The translations under genes were made by a program, and so were the position numbers. A model generated the notes under the pieces. It did no database searches, was not told the origin of the DNA, and saw only the letters and a list, made by a program, of their open reading frames with translations. From positions 1-64,000 of the forward strand of contig JBHIAC010000001.1 of assembly GCA_046758365.1 (NCBI GenBank): a stretch of DNA of 64,000 bases. The letters are read 5' to 3'. Below, piece after piece: positions 1 to 9,652 of this stretch; the first letter of the stretch is position 1, and each line of letters starts with the position of its first letter. The DNA comes from a bacterium. Lineage in GTDB: Bacteria > Zhuqueibacterota > Zhuqueibacteria > Oceanimicrobiales > Oceanimicrobiaceae.

Positions 1-223
1 ACATTGAACCAAATAAATTGAATAACAAAAATCAAAATAGAATTAAATATAGTTGCTACACACAATTTTCACTGAATAATAGACACTTTTAATATACGAA
101 TGACATTTTAGCTCTGGCGCACTTTTTAACTTGAAAGGTGACGTTTGCTGGCAACAAATCGCTCTGCTTAGGATCTAGTTAAAAAGGTCTTTAGGCTTTT
201 AAAATTCAAACCGTAAATAAACC

Positions 224-676
224 TTGGAAACAGAAAAGCAATATGTAATTTATTCCATAGGGCACTCTACTCATCCTAAAGAAAAATTTATTCAAATGTT
301 ACAACAGCAACAAATTGAATGTCTGGTAGACGTTCGGCGGTTTCCAACTTCAAAAAAGCATCCTCAATTTATCAGGGAAAACTTAACCGCAAGTTTAAAA
401 CAGGTTAAAATCGAGTATATATGGTTAGGTGATAGTTTAGGTGGCTTTCGAACTGGGGGCTATGAAGCTTATACTGAGACGGAAGCATTTAAGTCGGGTC
501 TCAAACAATTAAAATATTATGGTAGGAAAAAGCCTACTGCCTTTATGTGTGCAGAACTTTTATTTTTTCGCTGTCATCGGAGATTCATTGCAGAAAAGCT
601 CACAACAGAAAATTGGAAGGTTTTACATATCATGAACCAAGGTAAACTGTATGAGCATAGAGGAGGAAGAAAATGA
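224..676 (+). CDS. DUF488 family protein
   Basis: Motifs IYSIGHS, LVDVRRFP, YIWLG..LGG, MCAE...CHR typical of DUF488; TTG start. Confidence 0.85.
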   Translation: METEKQYVIYSIGHSTHPKEKFIQMLQQQQIECLVDVRRFPTSKKHPQFIRENLTASLKQVKIEYIWLGDSLGGFRTGGYEAYTETEAFKSGLKQLKYYGRKKPTAFMCAELLFFRCHRRFIAEKLTTENWKVLHIMNQGKLYEHRGGRK

Positions 677-1155
677 ACAAAATAATAATTGACGGATACA
701 ACATGATTCATCAGGTGCCCGAGCTCTGCCAATTTCTCGATGTAAGTTTGGAGCGTGCCCGTGAGGAATTGGTTCTCCACTTGAAATCTTATTTAGTGCG
801 TCACAAAGTTGATATTATTCTGGTTTTTGACGGGGATCAGCCGCTTGTTGGAATAGCTCGTCTTCATCGAAATAATTATCCTAAAATTTTATTTTCGAAA
901 TATCCTTTAAATGCGGATCGGGTTATTAAAGATTTGATTAACAAAGAAGACAAGAAAAAAGGCCTGACAGTAGTGACTGATGATGGCGATATCATTCGAT
1001 ACGCTATTTCTCATAATGCCAAGTCCTTATCGACAAGTGAATTTTATAATCGACTCGAAAAACGTTTTGACAGAAAGGAACTTAACAATAAATTTGACCA
1101 GGACTTGTCAGAAGAAGAACTTTCCGAGTGGCTGCAAATTTTTGGTGTAAAATAA
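673..1155 (+). CDS. YacP-like NYN domain protein (putative RNase)
   Basis: IIIDGYN, LVFDG, NAD, VVTDD acidic motifs; SD aggagg; overlaps previous stop. Confidence 0.85.
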   Translation: MNKIIIDGYNMIHQVPELCQFLDVSLERAREELVLHLKSYLVRHKVDIILVFDGDQPLVGIARLHRNNYPKILFSKYPLNADRVIKDLINKEDKKKGLTVVTDDGDIIRYAISHNAKSLSTSEFYNRLEKRFDRKELNNKFDQDLSEEELSEWLQIFGVK

Positions 1156-1166
1156 CACGGTATAAT

Positions 1167-2525
1167 ATGAATAGCGCATCTAATTTCGATGAAAAGCTTT
1201 TACGTAGGCGCAAGGCTATGGTCACGAGTATTGTTGTGCTTACCGTTATAGTATTACTTGGCTTTAATTTTGGAAGCTGGATTTTTCTCAAACAGATGGG
1301 GAGTTATTTAGAAGAAGAGTTGGGAAGACGTTTGCAGGCAGTAGCCACCTTAACCTCCAAATCTATCGAATCAGGAGGTTTTACTTACTACATTGAAAAT
1401 TATCAGATGTCTCTAATATTGCCTTCACTCAATTCTATTTTAACCAAGGTCCATGAAGCAAATGAGTTGCAGGGTGTGTATTTGGTGGATGAAATGTACC
1501 GTGTTCTTGCCAGCAGTCGTGAGATTTTTTCTCCTGGTGAGCGACTTACATTTTTGGAGGAGGATAGCGTTTCTTTCACTCAAGCTGCGCATGGGGTTGC
1601 GGCTGTATCACCAATGTTTGTGGTGGAAGGCAATCGTTTCAAAAGCGCCTATGCACCTGTGTTGGGCTCTTTAGATGATGTGGTTGCTATCTTAGTGGTG
1701 CAGGCCAATGCGGATTTTTTTAACCTCTTACGATTTTTTAAAAGAGGATTAATTTTCTTTGGCGTGGTCAGTTTAGCAGTCGCCGTTTTATTTTCCATGT
1801 TTTTGTTTTGGGCAATATCCCTTCTAATTAAAACCCACGAATCGCTCAGGCAGGCCGAGCGCTTAGCAGCGATGGGTCAGATGGCCGCTACGGTAGCCCA
1901 TGAAATTCGTAATCCCTTAAGCATTATTAAAAGCACCTCGGATGTGCTAAAATCAAAATATGCCCCCAAAGATGATTCTGATGAACTCTTTGAATTTATC
2001 CCTAGTGAAGTACGCCGTCTCAATCGACTGGTGAGCAACTTTTTATCTTTTGCTAGAGATCGAGACTTAGAGCTTAATGCTACGGATCTCAATAACACCG
2101 TTGAAAATTCTCTGGCTTTTTTAGAAGATGAAATTCATGAAGTTAATGTGAAGCTGGAAACTGATTTTGAAAATTTACCACCCATTTGTCATGACGAAGA
2201 TGCGGTGAATCAGGTGCTTCTAAATCTTACTTTGAATGCCATTCAATCCATAAATGGAGAAGGTAGAATTCGAATCCGGTTAAGAAAAGAAGCCAGAAAA
2301 GGCCGTCAGTTTGCAAAAGTTGAGGTAGAGGATACTGGCTGTGGATTTGACGCAGAGCAGAAAAAAATCTTCGAGCCTTTTTACACTACAAAAACTTCAG
2401 GCAGTGGATTAGGTTTGGCCATTTGTAAACGCCTTATTGAAAAACATGGCGGTTGGATTGAAGCCGAAAGTCAAAAAGGCAAGGGGACCATAATGCGGTT
2501 TTATTTGCCAGTGACGTTGAAATAA
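1167..2525 (+). CDS. Membrane sensor histidine kinase
   Basis: Two TM segments flanking a periplasmic domain, H-box AHEIRNPL, N-box NAIQ, DTGCG, FYTTK, GSGLGL; ATG 1167 preferred over ORF-track 1128. Confidence 0.95.
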   Translation: MNSASNFDEKLLRRRKAMVTSIVVLTVIVLLGFNFGSWIFLKQMGSYLEEELGRRLQAVATLTSKSIESGGFTYYIENYQMSLILPSLNSILTKVHEANELQGVYLVDEMYRVLASSREIFSPGERLTFLEEDSVSFTQAAHGVAAVSPMFVVEGNRFKSAYAPVLGSLDDVVAILVVQANADFFNLLRFFKRGLIFFGVVSLAVAVLFSMFLFWAISLLIKTHESLRQAERLAAMGQMAATVAHEIRNPLSIIKSTSDVLKSKYAPKDDSDELFEFIPSEVRRLNRLVSNFLSFARDRDLELNATDLNNTVENSLAFLEDEIHEVNVKLETDFENLPPICHDEDAVNQVLLNLTLNAIQSINGEGRIRIRLRKEARKGRQFAKVEVEDTGCGFDAEQKKIFEPFYTTKTSGSGLGLAICKRLIEKHGGWIEAESQKGKGTIMRFYLPVTLK

Positions 2526-2601
2526 TTGGGTTCGTAAAAACAACGAATGGAAGGGGGTATATTTCCACACGGCAAGTCCTAAGAGAGAGCAGACTAATAA
2601 A

Positions 2602-3006
2602 ATGACAAATCAACTTAACAAACGAGTAACCGGAATCGGAGAAATCTTCTTCAAAACCAAAAACTCGGCTAAGCTCAAGGAGTGGTACCACAAACATCTC
2701 GGGATCGAGCCAGCAGACGACGGAACCGTTAGATTTGAGTGGTGCGAATTAGAACACTCGGAACATCAAGGTTATACGATTTAGGGGCCGTTTCCAAGCG
2801 ACACTCGTTATTTCGACCCTAGCACTGCTCCATTCATGATTAACTACCGCGTTGCTAATCTCGATCAGCTCTTAGAGCAACTTCGACGCGAAGATGTTGA
2901 AGTCGACGATCGAATCGAGGAGTATGAGTACGGCCGTTTTACATGGGTCATGGATCCAGAGGACAACCACATTGAGCTGTGGGAGCCTCCGTACGTACGA
3001 ATATAA
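2602..3006 (+). pseudogene. VOC/glyoxalase family gene interrupted by in-frame TAG (2782-2784)
   Basis: RVTGIGEIFFK..WY before the stop; the same frame continues GPFPSDTRYF..FMINYRV..YEYGRFTWVMDPEDNHIELWEP to TAA 3004-3006. Confidence 0.85.
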
Positions 3007-3129
3007 AATGAAAGGTAATGACAGCGAAGCAAAATGACTTAATGACGAATAACTTTTATACGTTAATTTTCAATTCATTACAGAAAGAAATAATTTTGAA
3101 ATATTATCATTTTTTGAGGATTGACAATC

Positions 3130-4479
3130 ATGCCCAGCGGAAACATTCTCATCATCGACGACGAACCCAAGATGTGTAAAATATTAAAATTTGCCTTGCA
3201 ACCGGAAGGTTATTCGGTTAGCACAGCAGAAAATGCTGAAACCGGCCTTGAGAAATTTAACCAGAACATTTTTGATTTGGTGGTAACAGATTTAAAAATG
3301 CCAGGTAAAGATGGTCTATTTGTTTTGGAAAATGTAAAAAAGCAAAGTCCTCAAACAGAAGTCATAATGATGACGGCGTATGCTACGGCGCAAAATGCTG
3401 TTGAAGCCATGAAAAAAGGTGCTTATGATTACATCATCAAGCCTTTTGAAATGGACGAGTTGAAGATGAAAGTCAAGCACATTATTGATAAGCGGCGGCT
3501 GGCGGAGGAAAATGTTCAGTTAAAGAAAGAACTCAAAGATAAATATTCATTGGAAAACATGGTGGGTCAGAGCGGGGCTATGCAGGAAGTATACAAGATG
3601 GTGGAAAAAGTGGCTCCGACCGATGCCACCGTCTTAATCAGTGGGGAAAGTGGTACCGGTAAAGAGTTAGTGGCGCAGGCTATTCATCATTTAAGCCCTC
3701 GAGCCTCCGAACCATTCGTTGCTATCAATTGCGGAGCGCTTCCTGAAAGCCTCTTGGAGAGTGAACTTTTTGGCCATGAAAAGGGAGCCTTTACTGGGGC
3801 GGAAAATATGAAAGTAGGCCGATTTGAATTGGCTGGTGGGGGAACTATTTTTTTGGATGAAATCGGCGATATTTCGCCCTCCACCCAGATTAAACTTCTT
3901 CGAGTTCTTCAGAATCGCCAAATAGAAAGGTTGGGGGGTATCAAGACGATTCAAACAAAAGCTCGGACAATCGCGGCCACCAACCGAATTTTAGAAGATG
4001 CATTAAAAGAAGGCACTTTTCGTGAGGACCTTTATTACCGAATCAACGTATTCCCTATTTTCCTGCCTCCTCTTCGTGAGCGAAAAGAAGACATTTCAGA
4101 TCTGACTTTTCACTTCCTTAAAAAATTTGGTAAGGATGAGAATGCCATTGAAAGTACCGCTTTGGAGATGCTTATGAAATATCGCTGGCCAGGTAATGTG
4201 CGGGAATTAGAAAATGTCGTGGAACGTGCTCTAATTATGTCAAGTACTGGGGTTATTAGAGAAGAAGACTTACCACCTCATATAAGAAATGTTCCTACTT
4301 TGTGGGGGACTACCTCAATTGAAATACCTAATGAAGGAATTTCTTTAGAAGATGTAGAGAAGAATTTAATTAAAGATGCTTTAAATAAAGTAGGAGGCAA
4401 CAAGAGCAAAGCAGCAAAACTGCTTGGAATCACCAGACGAAAATTATACTCGATGATGGAAAGATTTGGCGGTTTTTGA
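3130..4479 (+). CDS. Sigma-54-dependent response regulator (NtrC/AtoC/ZraR family)
   Basis: Receiver domain (IIDDE, DLKMP), GESGTGKE, GAFTGA, FLDEIG, WPGNVREL, C-terminal Fis HTH; ATG at 3130. Confidence 0.95.
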   Translation: MPSGNILIIDDEPKMCKILKFALQPEGYSVSTAENAETGLEKFNQNIFDLVVTDLKMPGKDGLFVLENVKKQSPQTEVIMMTAYATAQNAVEAMKKGAYDYIIKPFEMDELKMKVKHIIDKRRLAEENVQLKKELKDKYSLENMVGQSGAMQEVYKMVEKVAPTDATVLISGESGTGKELVAQAIHHLSPRASEPFVAINCGALPESLLESELFGHEKGAFTGAENMKVGRFELAGGGTIFLDEIGDISPSTQIKLLRVLQNRQIERLGGIKTIQTKARTIAATNRILEDALKEGTFREDLYYRINVFPIFLPPLRERKEDISDLTFHFLKKFGKDENAIESTALEMLMKYRWPGNVRELENVVERALIMSSTGVIREEDLPPHIRNVPTLWGTTSIEIPNEGISLEDVEKNLIKDALNKVGGNKSKAAKLLGITRRKLYSMMERFGGF

Positions 4480-4519
4480 TGCGGTAGCTCGGTATCCTTA
4501 ATTTTATTGATTTAATCTT

Positions 4520-4559
4520 TGTACCATAGCGTACATATCGATGTGTACCTCTAAGGACA
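4520..4559 (+). promoter_or_regulatory. Tandem TGT-N10-ACA upstream activator (enhancer) sites
   Basis: TGTACCATAGCGTACA (4520-4535) and TGTACCTCTAAGGACA (4544-4559), about 105 bp upstream of a -24/-12 promoter. Confidence 0.7.
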
Positions 4560-4664
4560 AGTGTTTAAAATCTATAACCACATTTTAAATCCCTTAGCTT
4601 TTCGTTGCATCTAACTCTTTTATTTATATAGCTTAATCATTGTTGAACGATTCATGAAGCTTCA

Positions 4665-4680
4665 TGGCATATCCTTTGCC
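4665..4680 (+). promoter_or_regulatory. Sigma-54 (-24/-12) promoter
   Basis: TGGCATATCCTTTGCC = GG-N10-GC, 45 bp before ATG 4726. Confidence 0.8.
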
Positions 4681-4725
4681 AATTATATTTTGGAGAAAAT
4701 TCGCTTTAAAGCGAGGTATGGAAGT

Positions 4726-6270
4726 ATGTATAGAACAATAAATATATTTGTGATTTTTCTGGTTTTAATCTGCCTTACTACGAATATAGGATTTAGCCAA
4801 ACCCGAAACGATCTTGTTAAAGCTTTAGAGAGATTAGACCATGATTTGGAGAGGGTGAATGAACTGGTCCTTTCCTTTAGAAATCGACGAGCTTTAGAAT
4901 TGGTTAATGAAGCCCAAGTCTTAAGGAATCAAGCTGTTGCTGCCTTTAAGAATCATGAGCCCGCGGTCGCCGGGGCTAAAATTAAGATGGCCTTTTTTAA
5001 ATTGGAACAGGCCGTGAAAATTACTCTTGATGGACCCGTCAAGCGATTACGCATTCGTCTGGAGGAATTGATGAGGCAGGCAGATCATGTTGTACTTGGG
5101 AGTCATCATAAGGAAGCGGAAAGAATACTTCGAGAAGCGAAATCAAATCGGGAAGCCGCAGAGAAAGCTTTAACTGCTGGGAATATTAATAAGGCTGTGG
5201 AGCATTATCGGATGGCCATTACTTTAACCAAACGCTCCCTGGATTTGGTTCATAGGTCGATAGATTCGATTAAGGAAAGAATTAACGAAGAAAAACGAAG
5301 ATATGAAATCTTGCGAGAACGTGTACAAGAAGTCGTGGAGAGAAGTGACGATCCAAGAGTTAAGCATATTTTTGAACAGGCCATTAAATTGGCCTTATCG
5401 GCTGAGGAGATGTTTAGAAATGGAGATTTTGAATTAGCCAAAAAATTTGTAAACCAGAGTATTCTGCTTTTACTTCGAGCTATGGATTTGGCTACCGGAG
5501 AATCCCCTGTGGCGGTAAATCAGGCAGAAGTTTCGCTCTTGCGGTTGAGAGATTTAATCGAAGAGTCTAGAGAAGTAATTAATACGAGTGCAAAACCAAA
5601 AGCGAAATTGCTTTTCCAGCGTGCCAGTAGATTTGAAAGAGAAGCGGAATTAGCTGTGAATGAAGGTCGCAGCCACGAAGCTCTTTGGAAAATTGATTTA
5701 GCGGAAAATATGATCCGTCGGGCGCGAAGGCTTGTAGAAAGGAGAGGGGGGCCGCGGTTTGCTACTAAAATTTTCAAAGAAATTGAAAATACTAAAAACG
5801 ATATCGCTGAGGTGCGAAGTAAATTGCCCCTCGATTCTCCAAGAGATGCCGAAGTTCTGATTAATATGTCTCAATTTGCCATCGACAGGGCCGAAAGGGC
5901 CTCGGCTGCTGGTTTTGGCCGATTAGCTTTAGAAGCTGTTCTTGCATCTCAGAGATTCTTAACAAAAGCAGAAAGAATTTTGAACGCTCAAGAAACTTCT
6001 CCCATTTCAAAAGAAAAAATTAAAGTAAGATTACGCCAATTGAATGCGGCCATAGAGGAGTCGGAAAGAAAAGTGGCTGAATTCGATCAGGAATGGACTC
6101 GACGTTTATTAGATGGAGCTAAAGATATTCGACAAATAGCAGAGAAATCCTTTAAAAATGGAAACTATAGAGCTGCTGACGAGGGAATTCAAGTTGCTTT
6201 TGAGTTAATCAGGAAAAGTGTAAAAAATGTACCAAAAAATAGAAGGAGGGTGAAAATGAGACACAAATGA
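4726..6270 (+). CDS. Exported all-helical repeat protein of unknown function
   Basis: Signal peptide after ATG 4726 (SD gagg); about six helical repeats of 75-80 aa. Confidence 0.8.
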   Translation: MYRTINIFVIFLVLICLTTNIGFSQTRNDLVKALERLDHDLERVNELVLSFRNRRALELVNEAQVLRNQAVAAFKNHEPAVAGAKIKMAFFKLEQAVKITLDGPVKRLRIRLEELMRQADHVVLGSHHKEAERILREAKSNREAAEKALTAGNINKAVEHYRMAITLTKRSLDLVHRSIDSIKERINEEKRRYEILRERVQEVVERSDDPRVKHIFEQAIKLALSAEEMFRNGDFELAKKFVNQSILLLLRAMDLATGESPVAVNQAEVSLLRLRDLIEESREVINTSAKPKAKLLFQRASRFEREAELAVNEGRSHEALWKIDLAENMIRRARRLVERRGGPRFATKIFKEIENTKNDIAEVRSKLPLDSPRDAEVLINMSQFAIDRAERASAAGFGRLALEAVLASQRFLTKAERILNAQETSPISKEKIKVRLRQLNAAIEESERKVAEFDQEWTRRLLDGAKDIRQIAEKSFKNGNYRAADEGIQVAFELIRKSVKNVPKNRRRVKMRHK

Positions 6271-6283
6271 CCAGACTCAATAT

Positions 6284-6356
6284 AAAAAAGCCCCGTCGAG
6301 CCAATGGAAACTCTCTTAGTAAAGGCCCACAAGAGGGTCTCCGACAATGACGGGGC
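6284..6356 (-). terminator. Long stem-loop with minus-strand U-tail
   Basis: GCCCCGTC/GACGGGGC outer stem, 12-bp inner stem, A6 run on the + strand 5' side. Confidence 0.55.
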
Positions 6357-6550
6357 ATAGTCGATAATTTTGTTAAATTAAATTGGGCTGAATGGAGGTA
6401 ATTTTAATTGCTTATCACGTCCCCAAAAAACAGTCAAAATTTATTCTTTACTTTTCGACCTGTTATTACTGATATGATTAACTTTCACAATAAGAAAAAA
6501 CCAGCAGGGAGTCTACATACGAATGTGTAAAACTCTCGCTTTAGAGAAAC

Positions 6551-6579
6551 AATTTAATTTTTTTTACAAAAAAAGTCAA
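6551..6579 (-). promoter_or_regulatory. Antisense sigma-70-type promoter
   Basis: Minus strand TTGACT-N17-TAAATT, same hexamers and spacing as the promoter at 40865. Confidence 0.5.
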
Positions 6580-6613
6580 TCAAAATTTATTCTCTGAACA
6601 TGGAGGCAAGATC

Positions 6614-9600
6614 ATGGAAAAATTGAAACTTTTTATGGTTGTATTGGTGGGTATAATTTTGGGTTCAAGCTTTTTTATCCCAACCTATGCTCAAGAGATG
6701 GATATTATTGTAAGCCCAAATGAGGTCCAACTTGAGCCTGGTGGCAGCATAAAATTTGAAGTATTTGCCTATTCCAAAATTGGCGAAAATAGAGTACCAG
6801 AAGAAATACAAAGTATTTCTTGGAGTGTCGAACCAGACTCTCTGGGCAGCATTACAGAAGATGGCTTCTTTATAGCCGGTAAACATATTGGAGAAGTAAA
6901 GGTAAAGGTCATTGCCGTTGTTAAAAATATTGAAATTGTTAAAAGTATAATAATCAAAATTGGTAGCCCCCCCAGACCTTTTTTCAAAGTAGTAGTTGTA
7001 CCAAGAGAGACTGTTGTGCCGCAAGGTGCTGAACAGCAGTTTGAAGTCATAGTTTTGATTCCCACTGGAGAGCGGGTAAAACCCAACCATGTAAGATGGG
7101 AAGTGGTTCCGCAGGACCTCGGGACAATAAACGATGACGGTCTTTTTACGGCAGGTGTTGAAATAGGTCAAGGAAAAGTTATCGCTTTGGTGGAAATAGA
7201 TGGCCTGACTCTCAGAGCCACTGCACGGGTCGTAGTAAGCCCACCTCCAACGGGGGCCATTGCCGGTACCATCACAAATGATTCAAACGATTTACCAATT
7301 CAGGATGCTCATGTGAAAGCCGTTCGTTTGGGCAAAATCCATTGGGTGAAATGTGACACAAGCGATACACAAGGCAATTTTTTGCTTGGTGACTTAATTC
7401 CCGGTATTTATGTTCTTTACGCCAACGCCAAAGGATTTATTGGTGAGTTTTATGACGATACAAGAAACTTTTTAGAAGCCACACCTCTCATCGTTGCAGA
7501 AAATGATACTCTTACCGATAAGAACTTTGCTCTGAGTGAAGGTGGTAAAATTACCGGTACCGTCTTCACAGATTTAGACAGTCTACCGTTGGCAGATGCC
7601 CATGTTGTGGCTTCCCTTGTAGTTAATCCTCGATTCGCCCGACACGCGCTCACCGATAACGATGGTTCTTATGAAATTGAATCTTTACCCCCTGGGGATT
7701 ATGCTGTTAGGGCCAATGCGCCGGGCTATAAAGAGGAATATTACGATGACGCTGAGCAACTAATCGATGCTGAATTTTTGAGAATTGATTCAACCGAAAC
7801 AAAAGATAATATTAATTTTGGATTAGCCACGGCGAGTGCCATCCGAGGTGTTGTAACCAATGTTGTGGATGGCTCTCCCATTGCGAGGGCTCGGATTAGG
7901 GTTTTCTTGAGCAATGTGCTAATAAGTCATTTATTTCATCGGGAAACTCGCACCAACGAAAATGGTGAATATATTGTCCAAATTCGGCCAGGTCGTTATA
8001 TTGTTCACGCTTCCGCAGAGGGCTTTAATGGAGAATTTTACGATGATGTTAGAGAACGATTCTTAGCAACACCAGTCGAGGTCTTTCCCGATTCACATAC
8101 AACCGGCATTGATTTTGATTTAGTACCCCGCGGTTCTATTTCTGGCACCGTTTCAGACCAGTCCACCGGTTCATCTATTGTGGGGGCTGTAGTCGAAGCC
8201 TTCAAGGAGAATATAACGCTGGATGTAGCTTCAAATGTTACTGGATTCCGGTCAAAGACAGATTCTCTTGGTCATTATATTATTGAAAATGTGCCGTCTG
8301 GAAAATATCTCGTTCGCGCCATTGCAGAAGGGTATTTGCCGGAATTTTTCAAGGAAGCGGCTACCAAGAAAGAAGCCACTCTGGTTACCGTTTTAGACAG
8401 CACAGAAGTTGACAGTATTGATTTTACATTGGAAAAAGGTGGCAGTATTTCTGGCTTGGTGGCTTCACAAATGGACAGTATGCCCATTCCAAGGGCATTG
8501 GTTCGTGTTTGGGAAGCCAACACCGGTTTTCATCGACGGGCCTATACCAGAGACGATGGTACCTATAAAGTTGAGGGTTTACGAACCGGATATTACTACG
8601 TTCATGTCATTGCTGAAAGATTTTTCCCTGAATTTTATGACAATGTACGTCTTCGTGAGAATGCCACTTTGGTTGAGGTTATAGCCCCAGATGATACGCC
8701 TGATAAAGATTTTTACCTCGAACCGTTTATAGCAAAAAGAGGTACCATTGCTGGGCGGGTATTCTCTGATGAGGATGGTTCGTCTATCTTAGGAGCGGTT
8801 GTAATAGCGGTTGAAAGAAGGGAGTTGATCCCCCATATTACATTTACGGGCTCAAGAGGCTTTTATAAATTAACTGATTTGAAGCCCGGTAAATATTTTG
8901 TATTTGCCTGGGCCGAAGGTTTTATAGGTGAATATTATGACAATGCCAGAAACTTCAGTGAAGCTGATCCTGTTTTTGTCCATTCAGGACAGGTAAAAGT
9001 TGGCATTAATTTTGGATTAGCTCCCAAAGTCCATAGGGGGGTTTATGCCATTAGTGGTAAAGTTCATTCTGCTGAAACCAACACGCCTATTGAAGGTATT
9101 TTAGTTCAGGCTCGATTTGAAAATGATATAGCCGTTAATGCCGTGACTGATGCTGATGGGAATTATGTCCTTGCAGATCTGCCGGCAGGAGCCTATAAAA
9201 TTGAGGCAACCGGTGTAGGGTTTGCTAATGGATATTTCGGGGGCACCAATGCTGAAAACGCCGTCCCCGTGTCTGTTGGCAATGGTGAAGATGCGGCAAA
9301 CGTTAATTTTAATTTGGATGTGGATAATGTCACTAGTATAGGCTCTGAAAATAATCCGACATCCGTGCCTGAGAAATTTGCGCTTTTCCAAAATTATCCA
9401 AACCCATTCAATCCTGAAACTTCCATCAAATATCACCTTGCCGAGGCTTCACAAGTTACTTTGAAGATATTCAATATCCTCGGTCAAGAAATTCGTACGC
9501 TGCTGGATAAACTACAAGAACCGGGCGTATACACAATCAAATGGGATGGAAAAGACAATTTCGGAAGGCAAGTGGCTTCTGGAATCTACCTATTCCAGAT

Positions 9601-9652
9601 TAAAGCTGGTGACAAATTTAGAAAGTCACAACGAATGCTGCTATTAAAGTAA
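6614..9652 (+). CDS. Large secreted protein: Ig-like domains, 7 carboxypeptidase-regulatory-like repeats, C-terminal sorting/FlgD-Ig domain
   Basis: Signal peptide; repeats G.I.G.V...G.Y.I..L.PG.Y.V.A.A.G...EFYDD; C-terminal LFQNYPNPFNPET..WDGKD..G..VASGIY. Confidence 0.85.
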   Translation: MEKLKLFMVVLVGIILGSSFFIPTYAQEMDIIVSPNEVQLEPGGSIKFEVFAYSKIGENRVPEEIQSISWSVEPDSLGSITEDGFFIAGKHIGEVKVKVIAVVKNIEIVKSIIIKIGSPPRPFFKVVVVPRETVVPQGAEQQFEVIVLIPTGERVKPNHVRWEVVPQDLGTINDDGLFTAGVEIGQGKVIALVEIDGLTLRATARVVVSPPPTGAIAGTITNDSNDLPIQDAHVKAVRLGKIHWVKCDTSDTQGNFLLGDLIPGIYVLYANAKGFIGEFYDDTRNFLEATPLIVAENDTLTDKNFALSEGGKITGTVFTDLDSLPLADAHVVASLVVNPRFARHALTDNDGSYEIESLPPGDYAVRANAPGYKEEYYDDAEQLIDAEFLRIDSTETKDNINFGLATASAIRGVVTNVVDGSPIARARIRVFLSNVLISHLFHRETRTNENGEYIVQIRPGRYIVHASAEGFNGEFYDDVRERFLATPVEVFPDSHTTGIDFDLVPRGSISGTVSDQSTGSSIVGAVVEAFKENITLDVASNVTGFRSKTDSLGHYIIENVPSGKYLVRAIAEGYLPEFFKEAATKKEATLVTVLDSTEVDSIDFTLEKGGSISGLVASQMDSMPIPRALVRVWEANTGFHRRAYTRDDGTYKVEGLRTGYYYVHVIAERFFPEFYDNVRLRENATLVEVIAPDDTPDKDFYLEPFIAKRGTIAGRVFSDEDGSSILGAVVIAVERRELIPHITFTGSRGFYKLTDLKPGKYFVFAWAEGFIGEYYDNARNFSEADPVFVHSGQVKVGINFGLAPKVHRGVYAISGKVHSAETNTPIEGILVQARFENDIAVNAVTDADGNYVLADLPAGAYKIEATGVGFANGYFGGTNAENAVPVSVGNGEDAANVNFNLDVDNVTSIGSENNPTSVPEKFALFQNYPNPFNPETSIKYHLAEASQVTLKIFNILGQEIRTLLDKLQEPGVYTIKWDGKDNFGRQVASGIYLFQIKAGDKFRKSQRMLLLK

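Noticed and set aside
1..187. Possible divergent gene start and a 10-bp inverted repeat (122-131/178-187)
   Set aside because: Too little sequence at the window edge to support either.
2782..2784. Pyrrolysine or stop-codon recoding at the in-frame TAG
   Set aside because: TAG ends several ordinary genes here (e.g. purF, mreC), no pyl genes are seen, and a TGG>TAG mutation is simpler.
3007..3070. attC site after the VOC gene
   Set aside because: No convincing RYYYAAC/GTTRRRY pair with an internal palindrome; no integrase.
4480..4491. ops-like GCGGTAG sequence
   Set aside because: Partial match only, and upstream of the promoter rather than in a leader.
6268..6356. UGA followed by a stem-loop as a SECIS (selA present)
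   Set aside because: Readthrough adds only PDSI before TAA, with no redox motif context.
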